A DNA stretch of 62,722 nucleotides, counting the filler, from Acidimicrobiia bacterium (GTDB taxonomy: Bacteria; Actinomycetota; Acidimicrobiia; Spongiisociales; SHLN01): assembly GCA_041619515.1 (NCBI GenBank). It is 5 parts of 5 records of this genome, joined end to end, with 100 filler letters (N's around TTAATTAATTAA, not from the genome) between each part and the next. Parts side by side here need not be neighbours in the genome. Positions count along the whole stretch, not along the records: positions 1 to 13,610 come from JBFKDW010000078.1; 4 more parts are not named here. The stretch is one strand, 5' to 3'. This document shows positions 1-8,890 of the stretch, piece after piece; within the stretch, counting starts at the first letter, position 1, and every line of letters begins with the position of its first letter. The position numbers and the translations under genes were made by a program. The notes under the pieces were generated by a model. It was not told the origin of the DNA. It saw only the letters and a list, made by a program, of their open reading frames with translations, and ran no database searches.

Positions 1-306
1 GTCGACCTGCTCGGCCACTTCCTCGTTGTTGAAGCGAAGCAGCAGGAATCCCTGGGCCTGGATGTCGGAGGAACGCTTGGACTCGTTCCGGAAGTCGTGT
101 GACTCGTCGTCGACTTCGATGGCGATCTTGGGATCCAAGCTCGCAAAGTCCACGATCCAATGACCGATCGGGACTTGCCGGCGGAACCGCGCCCCGGTTG
201 CCCCACGACGGAGTCCCATCCACAGGCGCGCCTCAGATGGAGTCAAGTGTTGCCTCAACTTGCGAGCGCGCTCGGCGGCAAGCTTCGAATGCCGGGGCCT
301 AGGCAT
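1..306 (-). CDS. DUF559 / Vsr-like endonuclease domain protein (3' end runs off the window)
   Basis: Manual translation from ATG at 306: MPRPRHSKLAAERARKLRQHLTPSEARLWMGLRRGATGARFRRQVPIGHWIVDFASLDPKIAIEVDDESHDFRNESKRSSDIQAQGFLLLRFNNEEVAEQVD. Matches the DUF559 pattern (AR.LR...T..E..LW..LR; FRRQ.PIG..IVDF; IE.D...H; GF..LRF.N). Absent from the ORF track because it has no stop in the window. Confidence 0.88.
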   Translation of the reverse strand, partial: MPRPRHSKLAAERARKLRQHLTPSEARLWMGLRRGATGARFRRQVPIGHWIVDFASLDPKIAIEVDDESHDFRNESKRSSDIQAQGFLLLRFNNEEVAEQVD

Positions 307-374
307 CGAGTCGAGGGTGCCATAGCCCGCGGGTGAATGGAACCCGTCTCTCCCCCGGACGTGGCAGTCCGGTG

Positions 375-740
375 TGCCGGTGCTGGCGGGCGCCCCCTCC
401 GGCCCTGCGGGCCACCGCCCCCTCCGGGGGAGGGGAGTGGTGGTTCTCTCCCCCCGTAGGGGGGAGTCCGGCGCAGCCGGGAGGGGGGGCAGCCTGCGAG
501 GTGCTCGCCCGCAAGCCCTGACTCCGGGTGGGGGGCGCCCCCTCCGGCCCTGCGGGCCACCGCCCCCTCCGGGGAGGAGAATGGTGGTTCTCTCCCCCCG
601 TAGGGGGGAGTCCGGCGCAGCCGGGAGGGGGGCAGCCCCCGGGCGGGGAGCGTGACAGTCCGACCCAGCTGCAGGCATGCCGGTGCTGGCGGGCGCCCCC
701 TCCGGCCCTGCGGGCCACCGCCCCCTCCGGGGGAGGAGAG
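375..740. repeat. REP/BIME-like cluster 1: alternating double-hairpin units A (390-437, 535-580, 693-740) and inverted B (444-490, 588-633)
   Basis: A = GCGCCCCCTCC-GGCCC.TGC.GGGCC-ACCG-CCCCC.TCC.GGGGG-AGGAGAG. B (reverse complement) = GCCCCCCTC-CCGGC.TGC.GCCGG-ACT-CCCCCC.TAC.GGGGGG-AGAGAA. Intergenic. Confidence 0.9.
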
Positions 741-755
741 TGAAGAGAGAACGGT

Positions 756-790
756 TTGCATAATCATTCATGACTATGTATACTCATCCA
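756..790 (+). promoter_or_regulatory. arg operon promoter with tandem ARG boxes (ArgR operator)
   Basis: -35 TTGCAT (756-761), 17-bp spacer, -10 TATACT (779-784). ARG-box-like TGCATAATCATTCA (757-770) and TGTATACTCATCCA (777-790) at 20-bp periodicity. argR lies in the operon. Confidence 0.85.
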
Positions 791-793
791 GTC

Positions 794-1819
794 ATGAAAC
801 GGGTCGGAATCATCGGAGCGTCCGGGTTTGCCGGAGCGGAGCTCATGCGGCTGTGTGCCGGCCATCCGGAGTTCGAGGTTGTGTTTGCCTCGGGTGACAG
901 CCAAGCCGGGACGATGGTCGGAGAACTCTACCCCAGCCTGGCCGCCGCCTATCCGGACGCCGTCCTCGAGCCGTGGGAGGCGCTCCCGGGCGGCCTCGAC
1001 ATCGTCTTCATTGCCCTCCCCCACGGGGCCTCGCAGGCGATCGTTCCCAAGCTGGACGCCACCCATCTCCTCGACCTCGGGGCCGACTTCCGATTGAACG
1101 ACCCCTCCCTCTACCCCCTCTGGTACGGCCGGGAGCACACCGCCCCCGAGCTGCTCGACCGGTTCGTGTTCGGGCTGCCCGAACTGTTCCGGGACGATCT
1201 CATCGGCGCCACAGCAGTGGCCGTGCCCGGCTGCTATGTGACCACTGCGGCGCTCACGCTGGCGCCGCTGGTGAAGGCCGGCCTGGTCGAGCCGACGGGC
1301 ATCGTGGTCGATGCCGCCAGCGGCGTGTCCGGAGCCGGCCGGGCGCCGAACACCGCCACCACCTTTTCGACCGTCGATGAGAACTTCACCGCCTACGGGC
1401 TGATCAACCATCGCCACACTCCCGAGATGGAGATGGCCATCGGCCGCCACGCCGGGACCGACGTCCAGTTGTTGTTTACCCCCCACCTCGCCCCCATGAA
1501 TAGGGGAATCCTCGCCACCTGCTACGCCCGGCCGGGTGGCGCCGAGACCACCGAGCAACTGCTCGAGACCCTGTCGAATGCCTACGAGAAGGAGCCTTTC
1601 ATCGTCGTGTCAGAAGCCATTCCCTCCACCAAAGCAACCCTCGGGTCCAACTCGGTTCATATCACGGTCCGCAAGGATGAACGGACCGGTTGGGTGGTCG
1701 CCATCGGCGCGCTCGACAACCTGGTGAAAGGAGCGGCCGGCCAGGCAGTGCAATGCGCCAACCTGGCGGTCGGCATCGACGAGGCAACCGGCCTCCCGAC
1801 CGCAGGCCTATACCCATGA
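794..1819 (+). CDS. argC: N-acetyl-gamma-glutamyl-phosphate reductase
   Basis: GIIGASGFAG Rossmann motif, VPGCY catalytic Cys, DNLVKGAAGQA. Start moved to ATG 794, downstream of the promoter. Confidence 0.96.
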   Translation: MKRVGIIGASGFAGAELMRLCAGHPEFEVVFASGDSQAGTMVGELYPSLAAAYPDAVLEPWEALPGGLDIVFIALPHGASQAIVPKLDATHLLDLGADFRLNDPSLYPLWYGREHTAPELLDRFVFGLPELFRDDLIGATAVAVPGCYVTTAALTLAPLVKAGLVEPTGIVVDAASGVSGAGRAPNTATTFSTVDENFTAYGLINHRHTPEMEMAIGRHAGTDVQLLFTPHLAPMNRGILATCYARPGGAETTEQLLETLSNAYEKEPFIVVSEAIPSTKATLGSNSVHITVRKDERTGWVVAIGALDNLVKGAAGQAVQCANLAVGIDEATGLPTAGLYP

Positions 1820-2982
1820 GCGCCATCACCGCACCCAAAGGCTTCGTCGCCGGTGCCGTCCACGCCGGGTTGAAGCCACCAGGCGAGCTCGATCTCTCCT
1901 TGATCGCAACCGCCGACGGACAGCCGGTGCCGGCCGCCGCCGTGTTCACCTCCAACAAGCTGACGGCCGCCCCGGTGCAGGTATCGCGAGCGCACCTGGC
2001 GGCAAGCGGCGGACGGATAGCCGCCGTCATCGCCAACAGCGGAAATGCCAATGCCGCCACCGGTGCCGCCGGCTACGACCACGCTGAGCAGATGTGCACC
2101 CTGACCGCCGCGGGTCTCGGGTGCAAGCCGGAGGAAGTGCTGGTGTGTTCGACGGGCCTCATCGGAATACCGATGCCCTCCGATGTCTTCGAGGCGGCCA
2201 TCCCGTCAGTGGTGGAGGCCCGCTCCACCATGGGTGGGACCGACGCGGCCACCGGCATCCTGACGACCGACTCCGTCCGGAAGGAGGTCATCCATCAGGG
2301 CTCCACCTTCAAGATCGGGGCCATGGCCAAAGGTGCCGGGATGTTGCAGCCGAACATGGCAACCATGCTCGGCTTCCTCACCACCGACGCCGCAGTGGAG
2401 CCAAACGAGCTCCACGCCATCCTCCGCCAGGCGGTCGACCGTTCTTTCAACCGGCTCACCGTCGACGGTGCTCAATCAACCAATGACACGGTCATCGCCC
2501 TCGCCTCCGGGGCGGCCGGCCCGGCCGACCGCGCCGAACTGCAGGAGGCATTCGATGCGGTTTGCTACGACCTGGCGATGCAGATGGCCGACGACGCCGA
2601 GGGGTCGACCAAGACCGTCATCATCCGGGTCGAGGGTGCGGCCGACGATCTCCAGGCCCTCCACGCCGCCCGGGCAGTCGCCAACAACCAGCTCGCCAAG
2701 TGCTCCTGGTACGGCAAGAACGCCTATTGGGGCCGGGTGGCTTCCGAGGTCGGCGCCAGTGGCATCGAATTCGACCCGGAGGCCTTCTCCATCACCTACG
2801 GCGGCACCGTCGCCGCCGCATCCGGAGTGGCGGTTGCCTTCGACGAGGCGAAGATGGCGGAGTATTTCGAGAATCGGCGCATCCACATCACGATCGACCT
2901 CGCTCTCGGAACCGGCGTCGGGGAGATCGTCACCACCGACCTGAGCCACGGGTACGTCGACGAGAACATGGGCAAATCGTGA
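1816..2982 (+). CDS. argJ: Ornithine acetyltransferase / N-acetylglutamate synthase
   Basis: NSGNANA, KGAGMLQPNMATML autoproteolysis site, STNDT. ATGA overlap with argC. Confidence 0.96.
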   Translation: MSAITAPKGFVAGAVHAGLKPPGELDLSLIATADGQPVPAAAVFTSNKLTAAPVQVSRAHLAASGGRIAAVIANSGNANAATGAAGYDHAEQMCTLTAAGLGCKPEEVLVCSTGLIGIPMPSDVFEAAIPSVVEARSTMGGTDAATGILTTDSVRKEVIHQGSTFKIGAMAKGAGMLQPNMATMLGFLTTDAAVEPNELHAILRQAVDRSFNRLTVDGAQSTNDTVIALASGAAGPADRAELQEAFDAVCYDLAMQMADDAEGSTKTVIIRVEGAADDLQALHAARAVANNQLAKCSWYGKNAYWGRVASEVGASGIEFDPEAFSITYGGTVAAASGVAVAFDEAKMAEYFENRRIHITIDLALGTGVGEIVTTDLSHGYVDENMGKS

Positions 2983-3842
2983 TGGAAGCCAAGACCACCA
3001 CCGAGGTCCTCCTCCAGGCCCTTCCCTACATCCAGCGCTTCCGGGGCAAGGTGATCGTCGTCAAATACGGCGGGAACGCCATGACCGATCCGGCGCTGGC
3101 GGCCCAGTTCGCGGAGGACGTCGTCCTGATGCACCAGGTGGGCATCAAGCCGGTCATCGTCCACGGCGGCGGGCCGCAGATCACCGAGCTGCACGGGCGC
3201 CTCGGCAAAGCCACCGAATTCAGGGACGGGCACCGGGTAACCGACGCCGAGTCCCTCGAGATCACTCGCATGGTGCTCGTGGGCAAGGTGAACCGGGAGA
3301 TTGTGAGCCGCATCAACCGGCACGGTCCCCACGCAGTCGGCATCTCGGGCGAGGACGCCGGGCTGCTGTTGGCGGCCGAACGGCATCCCGAGCTCGGGTT
3401 CGTGGGGGACGTCGAGGCGGTCAACCCGCACATCATCCAGCGCCTTTTGGCCGAAGACCTCATCCCGGTGGTCTCCACCATCGGCTCGGACGCGCGAGGC
3501 CAGGCCTACAACATCAACGCCGACGCCGTTGCCGGGGCGGTGGCGGCCGCCCTCGGCGCCGAAAAGGTCGTGTATCTCACCGACGTCGAGGGACTGCAGC
3601 GGGACGTGGCCGATCCGACGACGCTCATCAGCCGGGCCACCGCTTCGGAGCTCGATGCGCTGGCGAGAGACGGTGTCGTGAGCACCGGGATGATCCCGAA
3701 GGTCGCTGCCTGCGCCCACGCCGTGCGCCACGGGGTTTCCTCTGCCCACATGATCAACGGCACCACGCCCCACGTCTTGCTGGTCGAGCTGTTCACGGAT
3801 GCCGGGATCGGCACGATGATCACATTGGATGGCGGTCCATGA
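2982..3842 (+). CDS. argB: Acetylglutamate kinase
   Basis: VVKYGGNAM, VHGGGPQI, NINAD, GMIPKV motifs; coupled to the argJ stop. Confidence 0.96.
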   Translation: MEAKTTTEVLLQALPYIQRFRGKVIVVKYGGNAMTDPALAAQFAEDVVLMHQVGIKPVIVHGGGPQITELHGRLGKATEFRDGHRVTDAESLEITRMVLVGKVNREIVSRINRHGPHAVGISGEDAGLLLAAERHPELGFVGDVEAVNPHIIQRLLAEDLIPVVSTIGSDARGQAYNINADAVAGAVAAALGAEKVVYLTDVEGLQRDVADPTTLISRATASELDALARDGVVSTGMIPKVAACAHAVRHGVSSAHMINGTTPHVLLVELFTDAGIGTMITLDGGP

Positions 3843-5002
3843 GCCCGCCCGGGGCCTCGGTCCGGACGAGCCCGCTGCTTGCCACCTACCCACCCCAGCC
3901 TGTCACGTTCGTCCGGGGGAAGGGCACCGAGCTGTGGGACGACACCGGCAAGCGGTATCTCGATTTCCTATGCGGTCTGGCGGTCACCAGCCTGGGCCAT
4001 GCCCATCCAGAAGTTGCCGAGGCGATCTCCAACCAGGCCGGCCGGCTCCTCCATGTGTCGAACCTGTTCGGGACCGAGCCGGGCCGCCAGGTGGCAGCGA
4101 CGCTCGACCGGCTCATCGGCGGTGGCGGACAGGTCTTCTTCTGCAACTCTGGGGCCGAGGCCAACGAGGCCGCCATCAAGCTGGCCCGCAAATGGGCCGG
4201 GCCCGGCCGCTACGTGGTCCTGAGCGCCGAGGGCTCCTTTCACGGCCGGACTCTCGCTACGTTGCACGCCACCGGCCAGCCTGCCAAGCACGGCCCGTTC
4301 CAACCTCTCCCCGATGGGTTTCGGCACGTGGCGTGGAACGACCTGGCGGCGCTAGAGGCAGCCGTCACCCCGGACGTCGCGGCCGTTCTGTTGGAGCCGA
4401 TCCAGGGCGAGGGCGGGGTGCGGCCGGCCGCCACCGACTATCTGCAGGGTGTTGAGGATCTATGCCGGGAACGCAACATCCTCTTCATGGTCGACGAAGT
4501 GCAGACCGGCCTGGCCCGCACGGGCGAATGGTTCGCCTTCCAGCACTACGGGGTCTCCCCCGACGTCGTGTGCATGGCCAAGGCCCTCGGCAACGGGATG
4601 CCGATCGGTGCCATCTGGGCCAAGAGCGAGGTCGGCTCGGCATTTCAGCCCGGCGACCACGCCACCACCTTTGGCGGGCAGCCGCTGGCAGCGGCGGCCG
4701 CCCAGGCCGTGCTGGGCGTCATGGAGCGTGACGACGCCCCGTTGGCGGCTACCAATGCCGGGCTGCGGCTGACGAGCGGCCTATCGGCGCTTCCGGGAGT
4801 GGCTTCGGTGCGCGGCCGCGGCTTGCTGCTGGCGGCCGAGCTGACCGACGGGTCGGGACCGGAGACAGCGCGCCGGGCCCTCGATGCCGGGCTGGTCATC
4901 AACGGCGTCACCCCCACGGCGCTGCGCTTCGCCCCGCCCCTGCTGGTGTCGGACGATGAGATCGACGAAGCACTCGAGATACTGAAAGGAGTCCTCGGTT
5001 GA
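3839..5002 (+). CDS. argD: Acetylornithine aminotransferase
   Basis: Class III PLP aminotransferase motifs SGAEANE, FHGRT, DEVQTG, AKALGNG; operon position. Confidence 0.95.
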   Translation: MSPPGASVRTSPLLATYPPQPVTFVRGKGTELWDDTGKRYLDFLCGLAVTSLGHAHPEVAEAISNQAGRLLHVSNLFGTEPGRQVAATLDRLIGGGGQVFFCNSGAEANEAAIKLARKWAGPGRYVVLSAEGSFHGRTLATLHATGQPAKHGPFQPLPDGFRHVAWNDLAALEAAVTPDVAAVLLEPIQGEGGVRPAATDYLQGVEDLCRERNILFMVDEVQTGLARTGEWFAFQHYGVSPDVVCMAKALGNGMPIGAIWAKSEVGSAFQPGDHATTFGGQPLAAAAAQAVLGVMERDDAPLAATNAGLRLTSGLSALPGVASVRGRGLLLAAELTDGSGPETARRALDAGLVINGVTPTALRFAPPLLVSDDEIDEALEILKGVLG

Positions 5003-5886
5003 GACATCTCCTCGAAATCGATGACCTCACCACCGACGAGCTCAATGATGTCCTGGCTCGCTCGGCCGCCAGCGACCTGCAGCCGACCCTCGCCGGAAAG
5101 GGAGTGGCGCTGGTGTTCGAGAAGCCATCCGCCCGAACCCGCAACTCGTGTGAAATGGCGGTGTTTCAACTGGGGGCCCACGGCGCATACATACAGGGCG
5201 CCGAGCTGGGTTTCGACGTCCGGGAAACGGTCGAGGACATCGCACGCACCCTCGCGGGGTATTACGACATCGTGTGTGCTCGCGTGTTCAAGCACGAGAC
5301 GCTCGAGCGCATGGCGTCCACCAACACGGTGCCGATCGTCAACCTCCTCTCCGATCAGGCCCATCCCATGCAGGGATTGGCCGACATCCTCACCCTCCAG
5401 CAGGAGTTCGGCGACCTAGCCGGCAAGACCGTCGCCTACGTCGGAGACCCCAACAACGTGTGGCGCTCGCTTTCCATCGCGGCCGGCATGCTGGGCGCCA
5501 ACCTGCGCCTGGCGGCGCCCGCCGGCCACATGCCCTCCGAGCAGGACATGGCCCGGATCACCGGCGCCGGCGGCGACCCGGTGATCAGCGACAGCCCGGC
5601 CGAAGCCGTTGCCGGGGCGGATGCCGTGTACACCGACGTGTGGGTGTCGATGGGCGAGGAAGGCGATGCCGACGAGAAGAAGGCGGCTTTCTCCCAATTC
5701 ACCGTGACCAGCGACGTCATGGCCGCCGCCGCTCCCGGAGCCATCTTCATGCACTGCCTCCCGGCCCACCGGGGGGAGGAAGTGTCCGGCGAGGTGGCCG
5801 ATGGGCCGCAGAGCCGCATCTGGCCGCAGGCCGAGAACCGGATGCACACGGCCCGCGGCCTGCTGTCGTGGCTGAGCGAGCAGTGA
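4999..5886 (+). CDS. argF: Ornithine carbamoyltransferase
   Basis: FEKPSARTR, HPMQ, DVWVSMG, HCLP motifs. Confidence 0.95.
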   Translation: MRHLLEIDDLTTDELNDVLARSAASDLQPTLAGKGVALVFEKPSARTRNSCEMAVFQLGAHGAYIQGAELGFDVRETVEDIARTLAGYYDIVCARVFKHETLERMASTNTVPIVNLLSDQAHPMQGLADILTLQQEFGDLAGKTVAYVGDPNNVWRSLSIAAGMLGANLRLAAPAGHMPSEQDMARITGAGGDPVISDSPAEAVAGADAVYTDVWVSMGEEGDADEKKAAFSQFTVTSDVMAAAAPGAIFMHCLPAHRGEEVSGEVADGPQSRIWPQAENRMHTARGLLSWLSEQ

Positions 5887-6359
5887 CCACCACCGGTCTG
5901 TCCAAGCCGCAGCGCCAGTACCGGATCTCCGAGTACCTGCGGCGGGAGCTGGTGACGAACCAAGCCCGGATCGTCGAGCTGCTGGCGGCCGATGGGATTG
6001 ACGCCACGCAGGCTACGGTTTCTCGTGATCTCGATGAGATGGGGGCCGTGAAGGGCCGGCTTCCCGGCGGTGAGGTCGCATACGTCGTACCGGCCCAGCC
6101 GCATGACCAGGTAGCCCCGGCCGAGCACCTGCGGCGGGTATGCCGGGAGTGGGTCGCCGGCGTCGATGCTTCGGGCAACATCGTGGTGGTGCGCACACCA
6201 CCCGGGTCGGCCCACATGGTCGGCTCCGCCATCGACCGCGCCGGATGGCGCGACGTGATCGGAACGGTGGCCGGAGACGACACGGTCATGGTGGTAGCAG
6301 CCGAGGGGGTCGCCGGTGCCGACATCGCCGATGAGCTCAGGCACCTGGCAGGGCTCTGA
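5883..6359 (+). CDS. argR: Arginine repressor
   Basis: TQATVSRDL HTH and GTVAGDDT arginine-binding motif. GTG start overlaps the argF stop. Confidence 0.95.
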   Translation: MTTTGLSKPQRQYRISEYLRRELVTNQARIVELLAADGIDATQATVSRDLDEMGAVKGRLPGGEVAYVVPAQPHDQVAPAEHLRRVCREWVAGVDASGNIVVVRTPPGSAHMVGSAIDRAGWRDVIGTVAGDDTVMVVAAEGVAGADIADELRHLAGL

Positions 6360-6374
6360 GCCGACAGGTCGAGG

Positions 6375-6545
6375 CGTACGGAAGCAGCACGCTGCCACCG
6401 ATGACCTGGATGACGCCGTTGGAGGCCACTCCGAGACCAACATCGGTCGCGTCGATCCTCGAAGGGCCGGAGTTGGTCTTGTCGGTGGTCAGGTCGCCCT
6501 TCACGATCGGGTCACCACCCGCCAGCATCGGCACCGTCGCGTCCC
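6375..6545 (-). pseudogene. Probable fasciclin (FAS1) C-terminal remnant
   Basis: Reads ...IDATDVGLGVASNGVIQVIGGSVLLP, resembling the FAS1 H2 motif (tDi.asNGVIHVID.VL.P). No N-terminal part or good start. Confidence 0.45.
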
Positions 6546-6584
6546 CACCCGCGAGGGGGAGCCGCGACCTCGGCGAACAGCTGC

Positions 6585-7535
6585 TCACTGGGACCAGCCG
6601 GACAGTTCGCTGAGGGCATCCCACAGCTCCTGGCGCTTCTCCGGCTTCTCCCTAGTGCGGTTGGTCTTGTGCGTCGGCCGGGGCTCGCGATCGTGCCAGA
6701 ACAGACCGGTTCGCCCTTCGGCCGCGTCGCTGGCGGCCAGCCACACGATGGTGTCGGCCCCCTCGGCGGGCGTGCGGAGAAACGGTTTGGTGACCTTGTA
6801 GAACGTCGGCAGCGCGTGGACGACGCCGGGAGTGTCCGCCCATCCAGGGTGCATCGAGCTGACCGTCACCCCCTTGCCCTCGAGCTGCTCGGCCCACAGT
6901 TCGGTGAGGATCACCTGACCGCGCTTGGTGCGCGCATACGCAGCGGATCCGTTGTACTCGCCCTGGTCGTTCTGCAGGTTCTTGATCGAGATCCGCTGGG
7001 TGTACATGCCGCCCGAGGCCACGTTGATGATCCGGGAGGGCGCCGACTCGACAAGCCTGGGGATCAGCAGGTTGGTGAGCAGGAAGTGCCCGAGCAGGTT
7101 GGTGGCGAGCGTGCTCTCGATGCCCTCGGCGGTCTCCGAGCGCTCGTTGAACAGCGTGCCAGCATTGTTGACCAGCACATGAATGGCCGGCTCCTCCGCC
7201 AGCAGGCGACCGGCCAGATCCCGGATCTCCGACATCAAGCTGAGATCGGCCAGCTGGAATCGAATGCGCTCGTTGCCGGACTCGGCGGCCAGTTCGTTCC
7301 GCACTCGCTGCGTCTTCTCGGGGTTGCGTCCCACCAGGATGAGATCCGCGCCCAGTGTGGCCAGTTCGAGCGCAGCAGCTCTTCCTATCCCGCTGGTGGC
7401 ACCGGTGACGATCATGGTGCGACCGTCGAGCGACCGGGTGATCGGTTCCCACGACTGGCTGCGAATCTTGTATCCGATATTGGCGAACCCCGGCGCGACG
7501 ACCGCGTCGAGTGCTTTGTCGATGAATGAGGCCAC
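6585..7535 (-). CDS. SDR family NAD(P)-dependent oxidoreductase (DHRS12/retinol dehydrogenase-like)
   Basis: TGATSGIG, NNAG, YARTK (YxxxK), MHPGWADTPG. GTG start just after the photolyase stop. Confidence 0.9.
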   Translation of the reverse strand: MASFIDKALDAVVAPGFANIGYKIRSQSWEPITRSLDGRTMIVTGATSGIGRAAALELATLGADLILVGRNPEKTQRVRNELAAESGNERIRFQLADLSLMSEIRDLAGRLLAEEPAIHVLVNNAGTLFNERSETAEGIESTLATNLLGHFLLTNLLIPRLVESAPSRIINVASGGMYTQRISIKNLQNDQGEYNGSAAYARTKRGQVILTELWAEQLEGKGVTVSSMHPGWADTPGVVHALPTFYKVTKPFLRTPAEGADTIVWLAASDAAEGRTGLFWHDREPRPTHKTNRTREKPEKRQELWDALSELSGWSQ

Positions 7536-7537
7536 GA

Positions 7538-8890
7538 TCAGCTTTCTCCTCGCGCTTTCTTGTAGGCAGCCAGCGTCCGTTCGCGAGCCATGGAATGATC
7601 GACGAGCGGCGTTGGGTAGTCCTCCCCCAGAGTGACGCCGGCGGCGGCAAGGTCGAGTGGCCCAACCTCCCACGGAGCGTGGATGTGGTCCGCCGGAAGC
7701 TGCTGCAGCTCTGGAACCCAGCGTCGGATGTACTCGCCATCGGGATCGTACTTCTGACTCTGCGTGACGGGGTTGAAGATTCTGAAGTAGGGAGCGGCGT
7801 CGGCGCCGGTTCCGGCCACCCACTGCCAGTTGCCGACGTTCTGAGGCACGTCGCCGTCCAGGAGGAGGCGGCGGAAGTGTCGTTCCCCGTGGCGCCAGTC
7901 GATGAGCAGGTCTTTGACCAGGAACGAGGCGGTGATCATCCTGACTCGATTGTGCATCCAGCCCTCCCCGGCCAGCTGCCGCATGCCGGCATCGACAATC
8001 GGATAGCCGGTCTGCCCCGCCTGCCAGGCGGCCAGCCCCTCGGGGTCCTCCAACCAGGCCACCCGGTCATACTCGGGACGCATGGCGTGGTCGAGCGTGT
8101 GAGGGAATGCGTGCATGACATGGGCGTAGAAATCCCGCCAGGCCAGCTGGCGGACAAACGGCGCAGCCGCCGGCGCCGTCAGCGAATCGGCCACGGTTCG
8201 CGGCGACAGCGTGCCGTACTTCAGATCGATGGAAAGTCGGGACGTCGTATCCAGATCGGGCCGGTCTCGCTCCTCGGGGTAGTCGCCAACCCGGTCCTCG
8301 AAGGCGGCGAGCCGCCGGTGGGCGGCAGATTCTCCCGCCTCGATCACCGGCGCTGCAGTCGCATCCGGGATGCCTTCGCCGGGATCGTCTGCTAGCTCTG
8401 CCTGACCCGGCTCGGGCCACTCGTCTCGCGCAGTCTCAGCCCACCGGCGATAGAACGGTGTGAACACCTTGTACGGCTCACCCTCCTGTGTCAGAACGGT
8501 ACCGGGAGGGTGCACCAGAGCCCCGTACCAGGTGGTGGGGGGCTCTGAGAGCTCGGTTTCGACCGCCTCGTCCCGTTTCACCGAGTACGGGCTGACGTCC
8601 CTGTTCCAGTACACGCCTGCGACCGATCGGGCTGCCGCCTCGGCCGCCACGGCGCGCGGGGGCGGTCCGGTTCGGATGAGCAGCCGGCCGCCGCGGTCTG
8701 TCAGGTCCTCGTCGAGCGCCCGCAGCGTATGCAGCAGGTGATTGCTTCTCGGGGTACCCGGCAGGTAGAGGTTGGGGTCGAGAACGAAGAGGGCGACAAC
8801 GTGCTCATGCCGGGCCGTGGCGGCCGACCAGGCCGGGTTGTCACCTAGGCGGAGATCCTTTCGGAACCACACGAGGCCGGTATCACTCAT
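7538..8890 (-). CDS. phrB: Deoxyribodipyrimidine photolyase (CPD class I/III)
   Basis: [50 protein letters not shown]. Confidence 0.94.
   Translation of the reverse strand: MSDTGLVWFRKDLRLGDNPAWSAATARHEHVVALFVLDPNLYLPGTPRSNHLLHTLRALDEDLTDRGGRLLIRTGPPPRAVAAEAAARSVAGVYWNRDVSPYSVKRDEAVETELSEPPTTWYGALVHPPGTVLTQEGEPYKVFTPFYRRWAETARDEWPEPGQAELADDPGEGIPDATAAPVIEAGESAAHRRLAAFEDRVGDYPEERDRPDLDTTSRLSIDLKYGTLSPRTVADSLTAPAAAPFVRQLAWRDFYAHVMHAFPHTLDHAMRPEYDRVAWLEDPEGLAAWQAGQTGYPIVDAGMRQLAGEGWMHNRVRMITASFLVKDLLIDWRHGERHFRRLLLDGDVPQNVGNWQWVAGTGADAAPYFRIFNPVTQSQKYDPDGEYIRRWVPELQQLPADHIHAPWEVGPLDLAAAGVTLGEDYPTPLVDHSMARERTLAAYKKARGES

Noticed and set aside
375..740. Repeat clusters as a CRISPR array
   Set aside because: Units alternate in orientation, spacers are irregular and partly duplicated, and no cas genes are seen.
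255..767. Pro/Gly/Arg-rich ORFs over the repeat clusters (also 25697-27021)
   Set aside because: Translations of GC-rich repeats with no protein motifs.
5125..5145. ArgF motif SART instead of STRT as a sign of a different transcarbamylase
   Set aside because: HCLP and DxxxSMG motifs and arg operon context fit ordinary OTCase.
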